Assembly: GCA_963813165.1 (NCBI GenBank)
Contig: CAWEYJ010000023.1
Span: 60,361 to 124,360, forward strand
Reading direction: 5' to 3'
Length of the DNA: 64,000 bases
Origin: an uncultured Pseudomonadota bacterium
GTDB lineage: Bacteria > Pseudomonadota > Alphaproteobacteria > Rhizobiales > Xanthobacteraceae
Part shown: positions 1 through 11,255 of the stretch, piece after piece
Numbering within the stretch: the first letter of the stretch is position 1
Layout of the letters: every line of letters begins with the position of its first letter
Made by a program: the position numbers and the translations under genes
The notes under the pieces: generated by a model
What the model was told of the DNA's origin: nothing
The model's input: the letters and a program-made list of their open reading frames with translations, nothing else
Database searches by the model: none

Positions 1-1
1 C

Positions 2-421
2 GAAAAGAGCAGCCAGGTACTTGCCACGTTGCACGCGCTACGCGCCCTGGGCGTGCGCATCTCGATGGACGACTTCGGCACCGGCTATTCGAGCTTGAGC
101 TATCTGCGAAGCTTTCCGTTCGACAAGATCAAGATCGACCAGTCGTTTGTTCGCGACCTCGCCGCCCATCGCGATGCGCAGGCGATCGTGCGCTCGATCA
201 TCAGCCTTGGCGTGGGCCTCGGTGTGACGATTACCGCCGAAGGCGTCGAAACCGAAGACGAGTTGAGCTGCCTGCGCTCGGAGGGCTGTCATGAGGGACA
301 GGGCTTCCTGTTCAGCCAGGCGCGGCCCAATGCCGAAATCGCCGATCTCCTGAAAGCGCAGTGCGGCGCCGATTGCACCGCGCCCGAGGATCCCGCCGAG
401 AAACCCGCACTCGTCGCCTGA
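2..421 (+). CDS. EAL-domain c-di-GMP phosphodiesterase/diguanylate cyclase, C-terminal part (truncated by window edge)
   Basis: Motifs SMDDFGTGYSSLSYL, DKIKIDQSF, AEGVET and EGQGFLFS; the frame is open to the left edge. Confidence 0.93.
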   Translation, partial: EKSSQVLATLHALRALGVRISMDDFGTGYSSLSYLRSFPFDKIKIDQSFVRDLAAHRDAQAIVRSIISLGVGLGVTITAEGVETEDELSCLRSEGCHEGQGFLFSQARPNAEIADLLKAQCGADCTAPEDPAEKPALVA

Positions 422-430
422 GAGCGGTGG

Positions 431-528
431 CTACGAGCTTGTGTTGGCGGTTTTGCGCCTGCGCAGATGATAGGTCAGCGCCAGCGCCACGCAGTGGCGC
501 AGTTCCGGTTCGGGAATTTCCTCCGCGA
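431..528 (-). pseudogene. Possible remnant of a DUF1801-type gene (C-terminal ~30 aa)
   Basis: Reads EEIPEPELRHCVALALTYHLRRRK then TAG; an in-frame TGA lies just upstream and there is no start codon; family recalled from memory. Confidence 0.45.
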
Positions 529-634
529 TTCAGCAGGATGCGGAATCCGGAGAATCGAGACGTGGCTTGCTCGTCGGCCTCTTGCTTCGCGGACGCTTCA
601 AGGCAGCCTGTCCGTGCATTTGGTCGCGTGGCTT

Positions 635-1807
635 TCAGGCGTCCATTGCCGGCGCGCCGGGATCGGTGGCCAGGATCGCCCTGCCGACATCTTCGTAATG
701 CGTGTCGCGGGCCTGGATCTGCTGCGCGATGGCGTGCATGTCGCGGAAGCGGCGCTCGAACCTGTTGGCGCTGAATACCGCGGTGGCGCCTGCCATGTGA
801 TAGGCCGCATCGACCACCGAGGCCGCCTGATGGATCGTCCAGGTCGATGCCAGGCGAAGCGCTGCGCGGTGGTCCTCGGTGTACTTGCCCGTAACCTCGA
901 GATCGCGCCAAACCTCGCTGGTTGTGGCATAGAGATAGGCGCGCGCTGCGCGCAAATTGCCTTCGATGCGCCCGATGGCGCCCTGCACCGCATTGTTATC
1001 GCGCATCGGCTTGATGCCGACCGACGCCTTGCCGCGCGCCAGTTCGACGGCGGCGTCGAGCGTGGCCCGCGCGACGCCGAGCGAGACCGCGGCGAAGCCC
1101 AGTCCGAAAACGATGTTGGTGGTGAGCCGATAGAGCGGCCCCGTTTCACGCACTGCGGCCGGTTCATCACGCAATGCTGTAAATTTTTCGGCGATAAACA
1201 GATTTTCGACCGAATAGGAGTCCGTGCCGGTGCCCTTGAGGCCGATGACGTCCCAGACGTCGTACATCGTGGCGCTCGCCAGCGGAAACAGGATGGTGCG
1301 CACTTCCGGCGCGCCATCGGGCCTGCGCCGCCGGGTGCCGTCGGCTTCCACGATCTGGACATGCGCGCCGAGCCAGCTTGCCTGCCGGGAGCCGCTGGCG
1401 AAGTCCCAGCGCCCGGTGGCCCGGTAGCCGCCGGGAACGACATGCGCCTCGCCGGCGATCGCGCCCCAGGCGAGGATGCCGCCGGGCGCACCGAAAATCT
1501 GGTGCGCCGCATCGGCATCGAGATAGGCCGCGATCATGGCGCAGACGCTGCATTGGCCGAGGCACCACGCCGTCGAAGCGTCGGCCTTCGCCACCTCTTC
1601 GAGCATCTGCATGAAGATTTCGGGCGGCGCCTCGGTGCCACCCGCACTTTGCGGCAACAGCACGCGATAAAGCCCGTTCTCGATCAGGGCGGCAACCACC
1701 GGCTGGGTGAGGCGCCGGGTCCGCTCGGTCTCATCGGCCTCGCGCGTGATCAGCGGCGCCAGCGCTCGCGCGCGCTCGACCAGTCCGAAACCGGGAAGCT
1801 TGTTCAT
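635..1807 (-). CDS. Acyl-CoA dehydrogenase-fold flavin-dependent monooxygenase (HsaA/HpaB-C2-like oxygenase)
   Basis: GxWDFASGS, WDVIGLKGTGTDS and FERRFRDMHA motifs; ATG at 1807 follows GAGAAG. Confidence 0.85.
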   Translation of the reverse strand: MNKLPGFGLVERARALAPLITREADETERTRRLTQPVVAALIENGLYRVLLPQSAGGTEAPPEIFMQMLEEVAKADASTAWCLGQCSVCAMIAAYLDADAAHQIFGAPGGILAWGAIAGEAHVVPGGYRATGRWDFASGSRQASWLGAHVQIVEADGTRRRRPDGAPEVRTILFPLASATMYDVWDVIGLKGTGTDSYSVENLFIAEKFTALRDEPAAVRETGPLYRLTTNIVFGLGFAAVSLGVARATLDAAVELARGKASVGIKPMRDNNAVQGAIGRIEGNLRAARAYLYATTSEVWRDLEVTGKYTEDHRAALRLASTWTIHQAASVVDAAYHMAGATAVFSANRFERRFRDMHAIAQQIQARDTHYEDVGRAILATDPGAPAMDA

Positions 1808-1925
1808 GCGTTCTTCTCGCCCATTTTTGGGGTTCTGATTGGTGGAGCCGCAATGGTGATCTATTCGCCGCCGTCGATCAAGATGGGCGGTGCTGAGACA
1901 AGGGTAGATGCCAGTCACGGCTGCA

Positions 1926-2261
1926 TCATTGCGCCAGCCCGAGGACCAGAAGGAGCGCGCGGTCGAGTTGCTCGGACGTTTCAGCGTCGATGCGGCCAAT
2001 AACCCGCCGAATGCGGTCACGGCGAAGCGCGACCAATTTATCTGTCATGATTTGCGACCGAAGGCGAAGACCGTTTTCCGGTGCAACCTCGATCAGCGGT
2101 CGGAGTGAAAGTCCGGCCTGCAGGTCAGACGATACAGGACAGACGAAGATCGTCGAAAGACCGGCAGCGAATTTGTCGCCTTGAACAACAACGCCGGGCC
2201 GGGGCCTCCCGAGATCGCTCGGAACGACCATCAGCACGACATCTCCCCGCGCTATTTCCAC
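1926..2261 (-). CDS. mazF: MazF/PemK-family toxin (mRNA interferase)
   Basis: RGDVV...GRPRPGVVVQ and LRLRSQIMTDK...RVIGRI; GTG start overlaps the antitoxin stop. Confidence 0.88.
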   Translation of the reverse strand: MEIARGDVVLMVVPSDLGRPRPGVVVQGDKFAAGLSTIFVCPVSSDLQAGLSLRPLIEVAPENGLRLRSQIMTDKLVALRRDRIRRVIGRIDAETSEQLDRALLLVLGLAQ

Positions 2262-2488
2262 GATTCCCAATCGTAAACCGACTCGATCCAGTCATCGATC
2301 GCGTCGTTTTCCGGATGCTGCGCCATCAATTTAATCTCACGGCGGATTTCCGAGAGCACCTTGGGATCGCGCAAATCCGGCACCCAATGCTGCACCGGAC
2401 GCAGCCCCTGCGCACGCAGGCGCTCGCGGCGCGAAGCCATCCGCTGCTGCGGGGTGCGGGGTTTTGCCTTTTTCGGGGTCGAGGCCAT
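2252..2488 (-). CDS. MazE-like antitoxin (DUF3018 type)
   Basis: 78 aa with RERLRAQGLRPVQHWVPD motif and acidic C-terminus; directly upstream of the toxin. Confidence 0.85.
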   Translation of the reverse strand: MASTPKKAKPRTPQQRMASRRERLRAQGLRPVQHWVPDLRDPKVLSEIRREIKLMAQHPENDAIDDWIESVYDWESWK

Positions 2489-2496
2489 GGGTGGAA

Positions 2497-2510
2497 CGTA
2501 ACATGTTACG
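2497..2510. promoter_or_regulatory. Palindromic operator of the TA operon
   Basis: Perfect 14-bp palindrome CGTAACATGTTACG, ending 9 bp upstream of the antitoxin ATG. Confidence 0.7.
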
Positions 2511-2536
2511 CGCGGAAACTCAATGGTACGCCGACT

Positions 2537-4342
2537 TCAGCTATCCACCTTCAGCGCGGCGATGAACGCCTCCTGCGGGATGTCGACCTTGCCGAACTGC
2601 CGCATCTTCTTCTTGCCTTCCTTCTGCTTCTCCAGAAGTTTGCGCTTGCGGGTGATGTCGCCGCCATAGCATTTCGCGGTGACGTCCTTGCGCAGCGCGC
2701 GCACGGTTTCGCGCGCGATCACCTTGCCGCCGATCGCCGCCTGGATCGGAATCTGGAACATGTGCGGCGGGATCAGTTCCTTCATCTTCTCGACCATGGC
2801 GCGGCCGCGGCCCTCGGCGCGCTGGCGGTGCACCAGCATCGACAGCGCGTCGACCGGCTCGTTGTTGACCAGAATCTGCATCTTCACGAGGTCGGCCGGC
2901 TTGTAGTCGGTGAGATGATAGTCGAACGAGGCATAGCCCTTGGAAACCGACTTCAGGCGGTCGTAGAAATCGAACACCACTTCATTGAGCGGCAACTCGT
3001 ATTTCACCATCGCGCGGTTGCCGACGTAAGTGAGCTCTTTCTGCGAACCGCGGCGGTCCTGGCACAGCTTCAGCACGCTGCCGAGATATTCGTCCGGCGT
3101 GAGGATGGTGGCCTCGATCCAGGGTTCCTCGATCTCGGCGATCTTCACCACATCGGGCATGTCGATCGGATTGTGGATCTCGATCACCTGCCCGTCGGTC
3201 AGATGCATCTTGTAGATCACCGACGGCGCGGTCGCGATCAGGTTGAGGTCGAATTCGCGCGACAATCGCTCCTGAATGATCTCCAGATGCAACAGGCCGA
3301 GAAAGCCGCAGCGGAAGCCGAAACCCAATGCGGCGGAAGTTTCCATCTCGAACGAGAAGCTGGCGTCATTGAGCCGCAGCTTGCCCATCGCCGCGCGCAA
3401 GGTCTCGAAGTCGTCGGCGTCGACCGGAAACAGGCCGCAGAACACCACGGGAATCGCCGGCTTGAAGCCCGGCAGCATTTCCGTCACCGGCTTGCGGTCG
3501 TCGGTGATGGTGTCGCCTACTCTGGTATCGGCGACTTCCTTGATCGCGGCGGTGATGAAGCCGATCTCGCCGGGACCGAGCTCCTCGATCTGCTGCATCT
3601 TCGGCGTGAAGAAGCCGACCCGCTCGACGTCATAGGCGGCGTTGGTGCCCATCATCCGGATGCGCTGGCCCTTTTTCATCACGCCATCGACGATCCGGAC
3701 CAGCACCACCACGCCGAGATAGACGTCGTACCAGCTGTCGACCAGGAGCGCCTTCAGCGAGGCGTCACGGTCGCCCTTCGGCGCCGGCAGCCGGTGAACG
3801 ATGGCTTCCAGCACGTCGTCGATACCGAGGCCGGTCTTGGCGGAGATCATCACCGCGTCGGAGGCATCGATGCCGATCACGTCCTCGATCTGCCGCTTGA
3901 CCTGATCCGGTTCCGCCGCCGGCAGGTCGATCTTGTTGAGGACCGGCACGATCTCGTGGCCGGCGTCGAGCGCGTGGTAGACGTTGGCGAGCGTCTGCGC
4001 CTCGACGCCCTGGCTCGCATCGACCACCAGCAGCGAGCCTTCGCAGGCCGCCAGCGACCTCGAAACCTCATAGGCGAAGTCGACATGGCCGGGCGTGTCG
4101 ATCAGGTTGAGGATGTAGGTCTTGCCGTCCTTGGCCAGATAGCTCAGCCGCACGGTCTGCGCCTTGATGGTGATGCCGCGCTCGCGCTCGATATCCATGG
4201 AATCGAGCACCTGTTCCTTCATCTCGCGCGCCTGCAAGCCCCCGGTGGTCTGAATCAGACGGTCGGCCAGCGTCGATTTGCCATGGTCAATATGCGCAAC
4301 GATGGCGAAGTTGCGGATGTTGGAAATAGGGATAGATGTCAT
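2537..4342 (-). CDS. lepA: Translation elongation factor 4
   Basis: [29 protein letters not shown] and [18 protein letters not shown]. Confidence 0.98.
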   Translation of the reverse strand: MTSIPISNIRNFAIVAHIDHGKSTLADRLIQTTGGLQAREMKEQVLDSMDIERERGITIKAQTVRLSYLAKDGKTYILNLIDTPGHVDFAYEVSRSLAACEGSLLVVDASQGVEAQTLANVYHALDAGHEIVPVLNKIDLPAAEPDQVKRQIEDVIGIDASDAVMISAKTGLGIDDVLEAIVHRLPAPKGDRDASLKALLVDSWYDVYLGVVVLVRIVDGVMKKGQRIRMMGTNAAYDVERVGFFTPKMQQIEELGPGEIGFITAAIKEVADTRVGDTITDDRKPVTEMLPGFKPAIPVVFCGLFPVDADDFETLRAAMGKLRLNDASFSFEMETSAALGFGFRCGFLGLLHLEIIQERLSREFDLNLIATAPSVIYKMHLTDGQVIEIHNPIDMPDVVKIAEIEEPWIEATILTPDEYLGSVLKLCQDRRGSQKELTYVGNRAMVKYELPLNEVVFDFYDRLKSVSKGYASFDYHLTDYKPADLVKMQILVNNEPVDALSMLVHRQRAEGRGRAMVEKMKELIPPHMFQIPIQAAIGGKVIARETVRALRKDVTAKCYGGDITRKRKLLEKQKEGKKKMRQFGKVDIPQEAFIAALKVDS

Positions 4343-4456
4343 GGGCGCGGGATAGCATTCGCCCCCCGGTGCGGCAACCATATTGCAGCCTTTTGACGGC
4401 ACAACTTCACGCCAAGCTGATTTCACTTGGGTCAAAAACGCGCTACGCAGACGGTT

Positions 4457-6085
4457 ATGTCAGGCGCCTGGTTTCTGCCCGCAAATTTGTACGCATATGC
4501 ATCGTCGAAGGTCCGGCGGCTGGCGGCATGGCTCGCCGCGTCGGCCTCCGATCCCGAGGCCGGCCTCGGCCTGGTGATCGGCTTTGCCGCTGCGCATGCG
4601 GTGCTCTGGACCCTGATTCTGATCAATCTCAAGGCGGCGCAGGACGTCCACATGGACGTTGCGGAAGCCTATGCCTGGGGCCAGAAATTTCTGCTCGGCT
4701 ACGGCAAGCATCCGCCGCTGTCGGGGTGGATCGCGGGCATCTGGTTCACGATGTTTCCGGTCGCCAACTGGGCAACTTACGCATTGGCGATGACGACGCT
4801 TGGCTGCGGGCTGGTGATCTGCTGGCTGATCGCGTTGCGCGTGGTCGACCGCCGCCGCGCTTTCTTCGTGGTGGTGATGCTGGCGCTCTACCCGATCTTC
4901 AACTTCAAGGGCTTCAAGTATAATCCGGACCTGCTGCAGCTCGTGACCCTGCCGCTGGTGGTGCTGGCCTATCTGCATGCGTTCGAGAAGCGCGATGCGC
5001 GCTCCGGGCTGTGGCTCGGCCTCGCCGGCGCACTGGCGCTGATGACCAAATATTGGGTGCTGACCATGATCGGCGCGATCGGGATCGCCGCGTTGCTTCA
5101 TCCCGATCGGTTGCGGTTCCTGCGCTCGCCGGCGCCATGGGTTGCGATTGTCACCCTGGTGGTCGCGATGCTTCCGCATCTGTGGTGGTTGAAGCAGGTC
5201 AATTTCGTGCCGCTGACTTACGCGGGCGATACCTATGAATTGCAGAGCCGTGCGCAGTGCCTTCGGCTGGTCCTCGGCTATATCGGCCACAATCTGGCGC
5301 TGCTCGCTCTGCCGGTGGCATTGGCGGCGCTGGCGCTGGCCTGGTTGCCGCGATGGTGGACGACCTTGGCGCAACATCCGTCGGCGCTGTTCACGCGCGC
5401 CTGGTCGCGCGGGACCAATCCCGCGGTGAATCTCTCCCAGGCGCTCAATATCTGGATCATCCAGATCGTGGTTGCGATCGGGCCTCCGCTCGGCGGCTTG
5501 ATTTTCATCATCTATATGAAGACCGACTGGGGGATCTCGCTGTTCTTTCTGACCCCGCTGGCGCTGGTTGCGATACCGTCGCTGCGGCTGCAAAGAATCG
5601 CGCTGTTTCGCATTGTCGCGATCTGGCTGGTGTTGACGCTCGCGGTGCTTGCCGCCTCGCGTACCATCGCGGCCCGCGAATTCGCCGAAAATCCCAATGG
5701 CGCATCAGGCTATGCCGCGCGTTCCGAACTCGCCCGCGAGCTGACGCAAGTCTGGCATGAGCGCTTCAACTCGCGATGGGCCGTGGTCGCCGGGGCTACG
5801 GATATCGGCGAGCCGATGACATTCTACAGTCCGGATCATCCGGCGCCGTTCACGCCCGGCGAACTCTGGGCGTCGGGGTTGACCTCGCTCGAGGAGGCCA
5901 AGCGGCTTGGTTTCATCGGCATCTGCGATACGTCGGATGGGCGGCTGCCCGCCTGTGAAGCGTGGATGGCGGCCAATGCCGGTCAGGCCGAGTCCCTGGT
6001 CATCACGACGCAGCGTTTCTCCCACGGGCATTCCGGGCCGGCGACCAGCTGGAAGATCTACATCGTGCCGCCGGCTCATATCTAG
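4457..6085 (+). CDS. GT39/ArnT-PMT-like integral membrane glycosyltransferase
   Basis: DVAEAYAWG...YGKHPPL and ALMTKY motifs, many TM helices; start codon uncertain. Confidence 0.82.
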   Translation: MSGAWFLPANLYAYASSKVRRLAAWLAASASDPEAGLGLVIGFAAAHAVLWTLILINLKAAQDVHMDVAEAYAWGQKFLLGYGKHPPLSGWIAGIWFTMFPVANWATYALAMTTLGCGLVICWLIALRVVDRRRAFFVVVMLALYPIFNFKGFKYNPDLLQLVTLPLVVLAYLHAFEKRDARSGLWLGLAGALALMTKYWVLTMIGAIGIAALLHPDRLRFLRSPAPWVAIVTLVVAMLPHLWWLKQVNFVPLTYAGDTYELQSRAQCLRLVLGYIGHNLALLALPVALAALALAWLPRWWTTLAQHPSALFTRAWSRGTNPAVNLSQALNIWIIQIVVAIGPPLGGLIFIIYMKTDWGISLFFLTPLALVAIPSLRLQRIALFRIVAIWLVLTLAVLAASRTIAAREFAENPNGASGYAARSELARELTQVWHERFNSRWAVVAGATDIGEPMTFYSPDHPAPFTPGELWASGLTSLEEAKRLGFIGICDTSDGRLPACEAWMAANAGQAESLVITTQRFSHGHSGPATSWKIYIVPPAHI

Positions 6086-6102
6086 GCGTTCAGTCTTGCC
6101 GC

Positions 6103-6432
6103 CTACGTGCCTTCTTCGTTGAACTTGCTGGCGACGAGGTCGGTGATCGCAGTGATGGCGGCTTCGGCCTCGGGGCCGGCCGCGGAGACGAGGATGGATG
6201 TTCCGGGGCCCGCGGACAGCATCATCAGCCCCATGATGGAGGTGCCGCCGACGGTCTCGCCGCCGCGCGTCACCCAGACTTCGGCATTGAAGCGCTCGAC
6301 CAGCTGAACGAATTTCGCCGAGGCGCGCGCGTGAAGTCCGCGCTTGTTGATGATGGGAATTTCCCGGGACAGCGCGCCCGGCGGGATGCTTGGCCCGGCA
6401 TCGTTTTCGGGCGACGCGTCCTCGTCGCTCAT
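6103..6432 (-). CDS. ptsH: HPr/NPr phosphocarrier protein
   Basis: GLHARASAKFV (His15 motif) and SIMGLMML. Confidence 0.95.
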   Translation of the reverse strand: MSDEDASPENDAGPSIPPGALSREIPIINKRGLHARASAKFVQLVERFNAEVWVTRGGETVGGTSIMGLMMLSAGPGTSILVSAAGPEAEAAITAITDLVASKFNEEGT

Positions 6433-6830
6433 TTGCCGGCGAGGACCCGGCTGGCGATGGTGACGTATTTGCGACCGGCTTCCTGCGCCATGGCGATGGC
6501 ATCGGGAAGCGACCGCTCTTCGCGAACCTTGGCGAGCTTGACCAGCATCGGAAGATTGATCCCTGCGAGCACTTCCACTTTCGGACGGCTCATGCAGGAG
6601 ATCGCAAGGTTGGAGGGCGTGCCGCCGAACATGTCGGTCAGGATAGCTACGCCATCACCACTGTCGACGCGATTGACCGCCTCGATGATGTCGCTTCGAC
6701 ACAAATCGGAGTCGTCCTCGGCTCCGATCGTGACTGCTTCGATTTGTTTTTGCGGACCCATCACATGCTCGAGCGCCGCCTTGAACTCGTCGGCAAGGCG
6801 GCCATGGGTCACAAGTACTAGGCCAATCAT
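6429..6830 (-). CDS. manX: PTS EIIA mannose-type component
   Basis: MIGLVLVTHG, LTDMFGGTPSN and GINLPML. Confidence 0.93.
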   Translation of the reverse strand: MIGLVLVTHGRLADEFKAALEHVMGPQKQIEAVTIGAEDDSDLCRSDIIEAVNRVDSGDGVAILTDMFGGTPSNLAISCMSRPKVEVLAGINLPMLVKLAKVREERSLPDAIAMAQEAGRKYVTIASRVLAGK

Positions 6831-6961
6831 CGGAAACTCCTCGCGGGTGCCTTTTGGTGCACCGCACGAACGCGCCACTTTGACCATCCAGAGCCCTCGC
6901 GCAAGAGGGGATGTTTGCGATTCACCCGGAAATTAGCGGTAGAGGGGGAACCTGCGCCGGT

Positions 6962-7489
6962 CTATTCGGTCGCGATACTGGGCGTAATATGGTTACCAAT
7001 TCCCTTCAGACAATCATCCGAGGGTCGGGTATGGTCTGAACTGGCGGTTGTCGTCAGCGCAGCTACAACCAATGGCAGTGCTGGGTGGTTTGATTCCACG
7101 GGAATTCGAGGTAACTGAACACCGTGGATGTGCGTCAGGAGGGCCTCCGGCGCCGGCAGGCGCTCGGCGTCCGCAGCCGACAGATCCACGACCAGGCCCA
7201 CCACCGCCTCCCCGGCGAAGCCGCAGCGGCGAATGCCGAGCCCGCGGATTTCGATCAGGCCGGCCAGTTCGGGTGCCGGCCGCACCAGGATTTGCCCCTG
7301 GTTAGCTTCAAGATGGACGCGATCATCGCCGACCAGCACCGCCGACGGTAGTTGGCCTGAACGCCCGGCCAGGATGAGATCGAACGCCAGCCGCGACTTG
7401 CCGGAACCCGACGGCCCGCGGATCAGCACGGCGCGATTTTCGATCAACACGGCGGAAGCATGGACGCTCGCACCTTTGCCATGCGTCAT
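6962..7489 (-). CDS. hprK: HPr kinase/phosphorylase (short alphaproteobacterial form)
   Basis: VHASAV, GPSGSGKS, LVGDD and GLIEIRGLG; canonical position after chvG. Confidence 0.92.
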   Translation of the reverse strand: MTHGKGASVHASAVLIENRAVLIRGPSGSGKSRLAFDLILAGRSGQLPSAVLVGDDRVHLEANQGQILVRPAPELAGLIEIRGLGIRRCGFAGEAVVGLVVDLSAADAERLPAPEALLTHIHGVQLPRIPVESNHPALPLVVAALTTTASSDHTRPSDDCLKGIGNHITPSIATE

Positions 7490-9303
7490 GGCGCGGGCAG
7501 CCGGACCACAAAGCGCGCGCCCGCGACCGTCGCCTCGCCATCGGCGCCGACCGGACCCGCGCGATTTTCCGCCCAGATGCGTCCACCATGGGCTTCTATG
7601 ATCTGTTTCGAGATCGACAGCCCCAATCCGGAATTCTGCCCAAAGCCCTGGTGCGGCCGGTCGGTGTAAAAGCGCTCGAAGATTCGCTCCAGCGCATCGT
7701 CGCGGATCCCCGGACCGTCGTCATCGATCACGATTTCGATTTCCTGCTTCACGCGACGGCAGACGATGCGTACCTTGCCGCCGGCCTCGGAAAACGACTG
7801 GGCGTTGACCAGCAGGTTGGAAATCACCTGCCCGAGCCGCGAATCATGTCCCGGTACCGAGAAGGTATCGGTGGAGCTGCGGCCTTCGAAGCGGACTTCG
7901 ACCGCGATCTTGTTGCCAAGACTGGTTTCGTTGGCGACCGAGGTCAGGGTGTTGAGCAGGCGCCGAAGATCGACCGGCGTCATATCCTGCCGCTGCAGTT
8001 CGGCATCGAGCCGGCTCGCATCCGAGATATCGGAGATCAGGCGGTCGAGCCGCTTGACGTCATGCTCGATCACCGCGAGCAGCCGCGCGCGGCTGTTCTC
8101 GTTCCGAGCCAACGGCAGGGTTTCGACCGCGGACCGCAGCGACGTCAGCGGGTTCTTCAATTCATGGGCGACATCGGCAGCGAACATTTCGATCGCCTCG
8201 ATGCGGTTATAGAGTGCATCCGTCATGTCGCGCAGCGCGCCGGAGAGATGTCCGATCTCGTCGCGACGGCGGGTGAAGTCGGGAATCTCGACGCGGGTCC
8301 GGATGCGGCGGCGGACACGCTCGGCGCTGTCGGCGAGCCGGCGCACCGGGCCCGCAATGGTGCTTGCCAGCAGCAATGACAGCATGATCATCACCGCGGA
8401 AGCCACGCCGCCGACTTTCAAGATCGCAAGCCGCTCGGCGGTCACCATCTGATCGATGTCGTCGCCCTGGGTCGAGAGCATCAGCGCGCCATGGATCGCG
8501 CGGAATCGCTGCACCGGCACCGCGACCGAGACGATCACCTCGCCGCGTTCGTTGATTCGTACCATGCTGCTCTTTTCGCCGCTGAGGGATTTGGCGACTT
8601 CCTGATAACCGTTGCCGTTCTCCGGCCCGAGTTCCCGATAAAGCGGCAGGTCGCCGCGATTGAGCCAGGTGCGGATCGCGATCATCGATCGCTCCGCGAT
8701 ACCTGGCTTCTCGACCGACGGTGGCGGCAACTCGAACCGCAGCACATCGCCGCGGCCGTAGAGATTGCGGCTGTCCAGAATCAGGCCGCCATCGCGATCG
8801 AAAATACGGGCTCGGGTCTTGGTTGGTGAAATCAGCCGCCGCAATACCGGCGCGACGCGTTCCGGATTGATCGGAAAATCCAGTCCGGCATATTCGTCGG
8901 GCGCACCATAGGTTTCGCCGGGCTTCAGATCGAGCAGCCGGTCGGGATCGATGGTGATGGTGTTGGTCTCGACGGTCGCGGAGGCTGCGATTGCGCCAGC
9001 AATGATCTCGGCCTGCACCAGCAGGCTTTGCGCCCGCGCGTCGATCAGGCCGGCGCGGAATTGCGACAGGTAAAGAATGCTCGCCACCAGCGCGATCAGG
9101 CCGGCGAGATTCAAGGAAACGATGCGGCGGGTCAGGCTCGAGAAGCTGAGCGCGAAGAAAAACTGGCCGGCCCGGCGCAACCAGCCGAGCGGCCGCTGCC
9201 AGCCTTTCGCCCCTGCATTCTCGGCGGCAGCGGTATCCGGAACGAGGGACGACGAGGCGTCCTCGATATTCAGGCTTGCATCAGGCTGCGTTCGATCAAG
9301 CAA
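7486..9303 (-). CDS. chvG: Sensor histidine kinase ChvG/ExoS
   Basis: HAMP, HisKA (ADVAHELKNPL) and HATPase (GQNSGLGLSIS); follows chvI. Confidence 0.95.
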   Translation of the reverse strand: MLDRTQPDASLNIEDASSSLVPDTAAAENAGAKGWQRPLGWLRRAGQFFFALSFSSLTRRIVSLNLAGLIALVASILYLSQFRAGLIDARAQSLLVQAEIIAGAIAASATVETNTITIDPDRLLDLKPGETYGAPDEYAGLDFPINPERVAPVLRRLISPTKTRARIFDRDGGLILDSRNLYGRGDVLRFELPPPSVEKPGIAERSMIAIRTWLNRGDLPLYRELGPENGNGYQEVAKSLSGEKSSMVRINERGEVIVSVAVPVQRFRAIHGALMLSTQGDDIDQMVTAERLAILKVGGVASAVMIMLSLLLASTIAGPVRRLADSAERVRRRIRTRVEIPDFTRRRDEIGHLSGALRDMTDALYNRIEAIEMFAADVAHELKNPLTSLRSAVETLPLARNENSRARLLAVIEHDVKRLDRLISDISDASRLDAELQRQDMTPVDLRRLLNTLTSVANETSLGNKIAVEVRFEGRSSTDTFSVPGHDSRLGQVISNLLVNAQSFSEAGGKVRIVCRRVKQEIEIVIDDDGPGIRDDALERIFERFYTDRPHQGFGQNSGLGLSISKQIIEAHGGRIWAENRAGPVGADGEATVAGARFVVRLPAP

Positions 9304-9415
9304 TGGCCAAAACTGCCGGTTGTTTCGATAGGTCGTGCGACGCGCGTTTGCTTTCTCATCCTACCCTAGACGGGAGGTGGCGTCAGTTAACAAACGCCCG
9401 CGAAAGGCAGGCAAA

Positions 9416-10117
9416 TCAGGTTTCCTTGAAGCGGTAACCCACACCGTAGAGGGTTTCGATCATCTCGAAATCGTCGTCAACGACCTTGAACTTCTTGCGC
9501 AGCCGCTTGATGTGGCTGTCGATGGTGCGATCGTCGACATAGACCTGATCGTCATAAGCCGCGTCCATCAGGGCATTGCGGCTTTTCACCACGCCGGGGC
9601 GCGTGGCCAGCGCCTGCAGGATCAGAAACTCGGTCACCGTCAACGTCACCGGCTCGTTCTTCCAGGTGCAGGTGTGGCGCTCCGGGTCCATCCGCAGCAG
9701 CCCGCGGTCCAGCGCCTTGGCGTCGGTTTCCTTTGGCACTGCGGTCGGATCCTTCGGCGCCGCGCGGCGCAGCACGGCCTTGACGCGCTCGACCAGCAGG
9801 CGCTGCGAGAACGGCTTGCGGATGAAATCGTCGGCGCCCATTTTGAGGCCGAACAATTCGTCGATCTCCTCGTCCTTGGAGGTGAGAAAAATCACCGGCA
9901 GATCGGACTTCTGCCGCAGCCGCCGCAGCGTCTCCATGCCGTCCATACGCGGCATCTTGATATCGAGGATCGCAAGGTCCGGCGGACTGGTGCGGAAGCC
10001 GTCAAGCGCCGATGCGCCATCTGTGTAAGTCATGATGCGATAGCCCTCGGCTTCGAGCGCGATCGAGACGGATGTGAGAATGTTGCGGTCGTCGTCGACC
10101 AAGGCGATTGTGGGCAT
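9416..10117 (-). CDS. chvI: OmpR-family response regulator ChvI
   Basis: [23 protein letters not shown] and [10 protein letters not shown]. Confidence 0.96.
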   Translation of the reverse strand: MPTIALVDDDRNILTSVSIALEAEGYRIMTYTDGASALDGFRTSPPDLAILDIKMPRMDGMETLRRLRQKSDLPVIFLTSKDEEIDELFGLKMGADDFIRKPFSQRLLVERVKAVLRRAAPKDPTAVPKETDAKALDRGLLRMDPERHTCTWKNEPVTLTVTEFLILQALATRPGVVKSRNALMDAAYDDQVYVDDRTIDSHIKRLRKKFKVVDDDFEMIETLYGVGYRFKET

Positions 10118-10332
10118 GGGCCTGCTTTCCGAAACGGAGTGGCTGAAACGGCGAGCAATCCAGCGATGCGCCGCATAAATGGGCTTCGAACGCGGTCAAC
10201 GAGCAATGCAAGCTGGGCTGAAGTGTGACCGAGTTCCCGAAACGCCTGAGGTACCCAAGGGTTCCAGCCTGTCTGGATATCAGTTTAGCCCAAAAATGGC
10301 TATTTTTGCAATGAGATACTGGAAAATGTTCG

Positions 10333-11073
10333 ATGCAGCCCACTCCTGATTTTGACGCCGCCCGGCTCGCCCGGTCGCTATTACGGCGCAGCCGGCAAGG
10401 CGCTTTGGCGACCCTGATGCCCGGCAGCGGCGATCCCTATTGCTCGCTGGTCAATGTCGCAAGCCATCCCGACGGCTCGCCGATCCTGCTGATTTCGCGC
10501 CTCGCGATTCACACTAGGAACCTGCTCGGCGACGCCAGGGTCTCGCTGATGCTCGACGAACGGGCCGAAGGCGACCCACTGGAGGGATCGCGGATCATGC
10601 TGGCAGGTCAGGCGGAGCAGGTGGGCGGGGACGCCGTGGCGATTTTGCGCCGCCGTTACCTCAACGCCCATCCGTCTTCGGAAGTCTTTGTAAATTTTAA
10701 GGATTTTTCCTTTTTCAGAGTCCGGCCGACCGGTGCGCATTTGGTCGCTGGATTCGGCCGCATCGTCGACCTCAAACCTGAGCAGTTTTTGACCGATAGC
10801 TCCGACGCCGCTTCGTTGCTGGAAACCGAGCAGGAAGCCGTCGACCACATGAACGCGGATCATCGCGATACGATGAATCTCTATGCGACAAGGCTGCTCG
10901 GTGCCAAACCCGCCGATTGGCGCTGCACCGGCTGCGATCCCGACGGAATAGACCTTCAGGCTGGTACGACCACGCTGCGGCTGGATTTCCCGCGGCGCAT
11001 TGTCACTCCTGCCGCACTGCGGCAGACGCTGAAGCAGCTTGCCGATCAGGCCCGCGCCGGAGCAAGTATTTGA
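10333..11073 (+). CDS. HugZ-like pyridoxamine-5'-phosphate-oxidase-fold protein with DUF2470-type C-terminus
   Basis: PYCSLV, LISRLAIHTRN, HLVAGFGRI and HMNADH. Confidence 0.85.
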   Translation: MQPTPDFDAARLARSLLRRSRQGALATLMPGSGDPYCSLVNVASHPDGSPILLISRLAIHTRNLLGDARVSLMLDERAEGDPLEGSRIMLAGQAEQVGGDAVAILRRRYLNAHPSSEVFVNFKDFSFFRVRPTGAHLVAGFGRIVDLKPEQFLTDSSDAASLLETEQEAVDHMNADHRDTMNLYATRLLGAKPADWRCTGCDPDGIDLQAGTTTLRLDFPRRIVTPAALRQTLKQLADQARAGASI

Positions 11074-11255
11074 GGAGATTTAATGTGCGCCTTCGAATAA
11101 ACCAAATATGGGGGGATCGGCTTGGCAAGCCAGGTGTTCATCAGTATTAGGTCGCCGGACCGGGGCTGGACGACTATATTGACGGTCACCGCGATAGAGG
11201 CGCGTGTGGGGGCATTCGCGCAATCGAAGTACGCGGGTTCGAGGAGGATTCTTCC

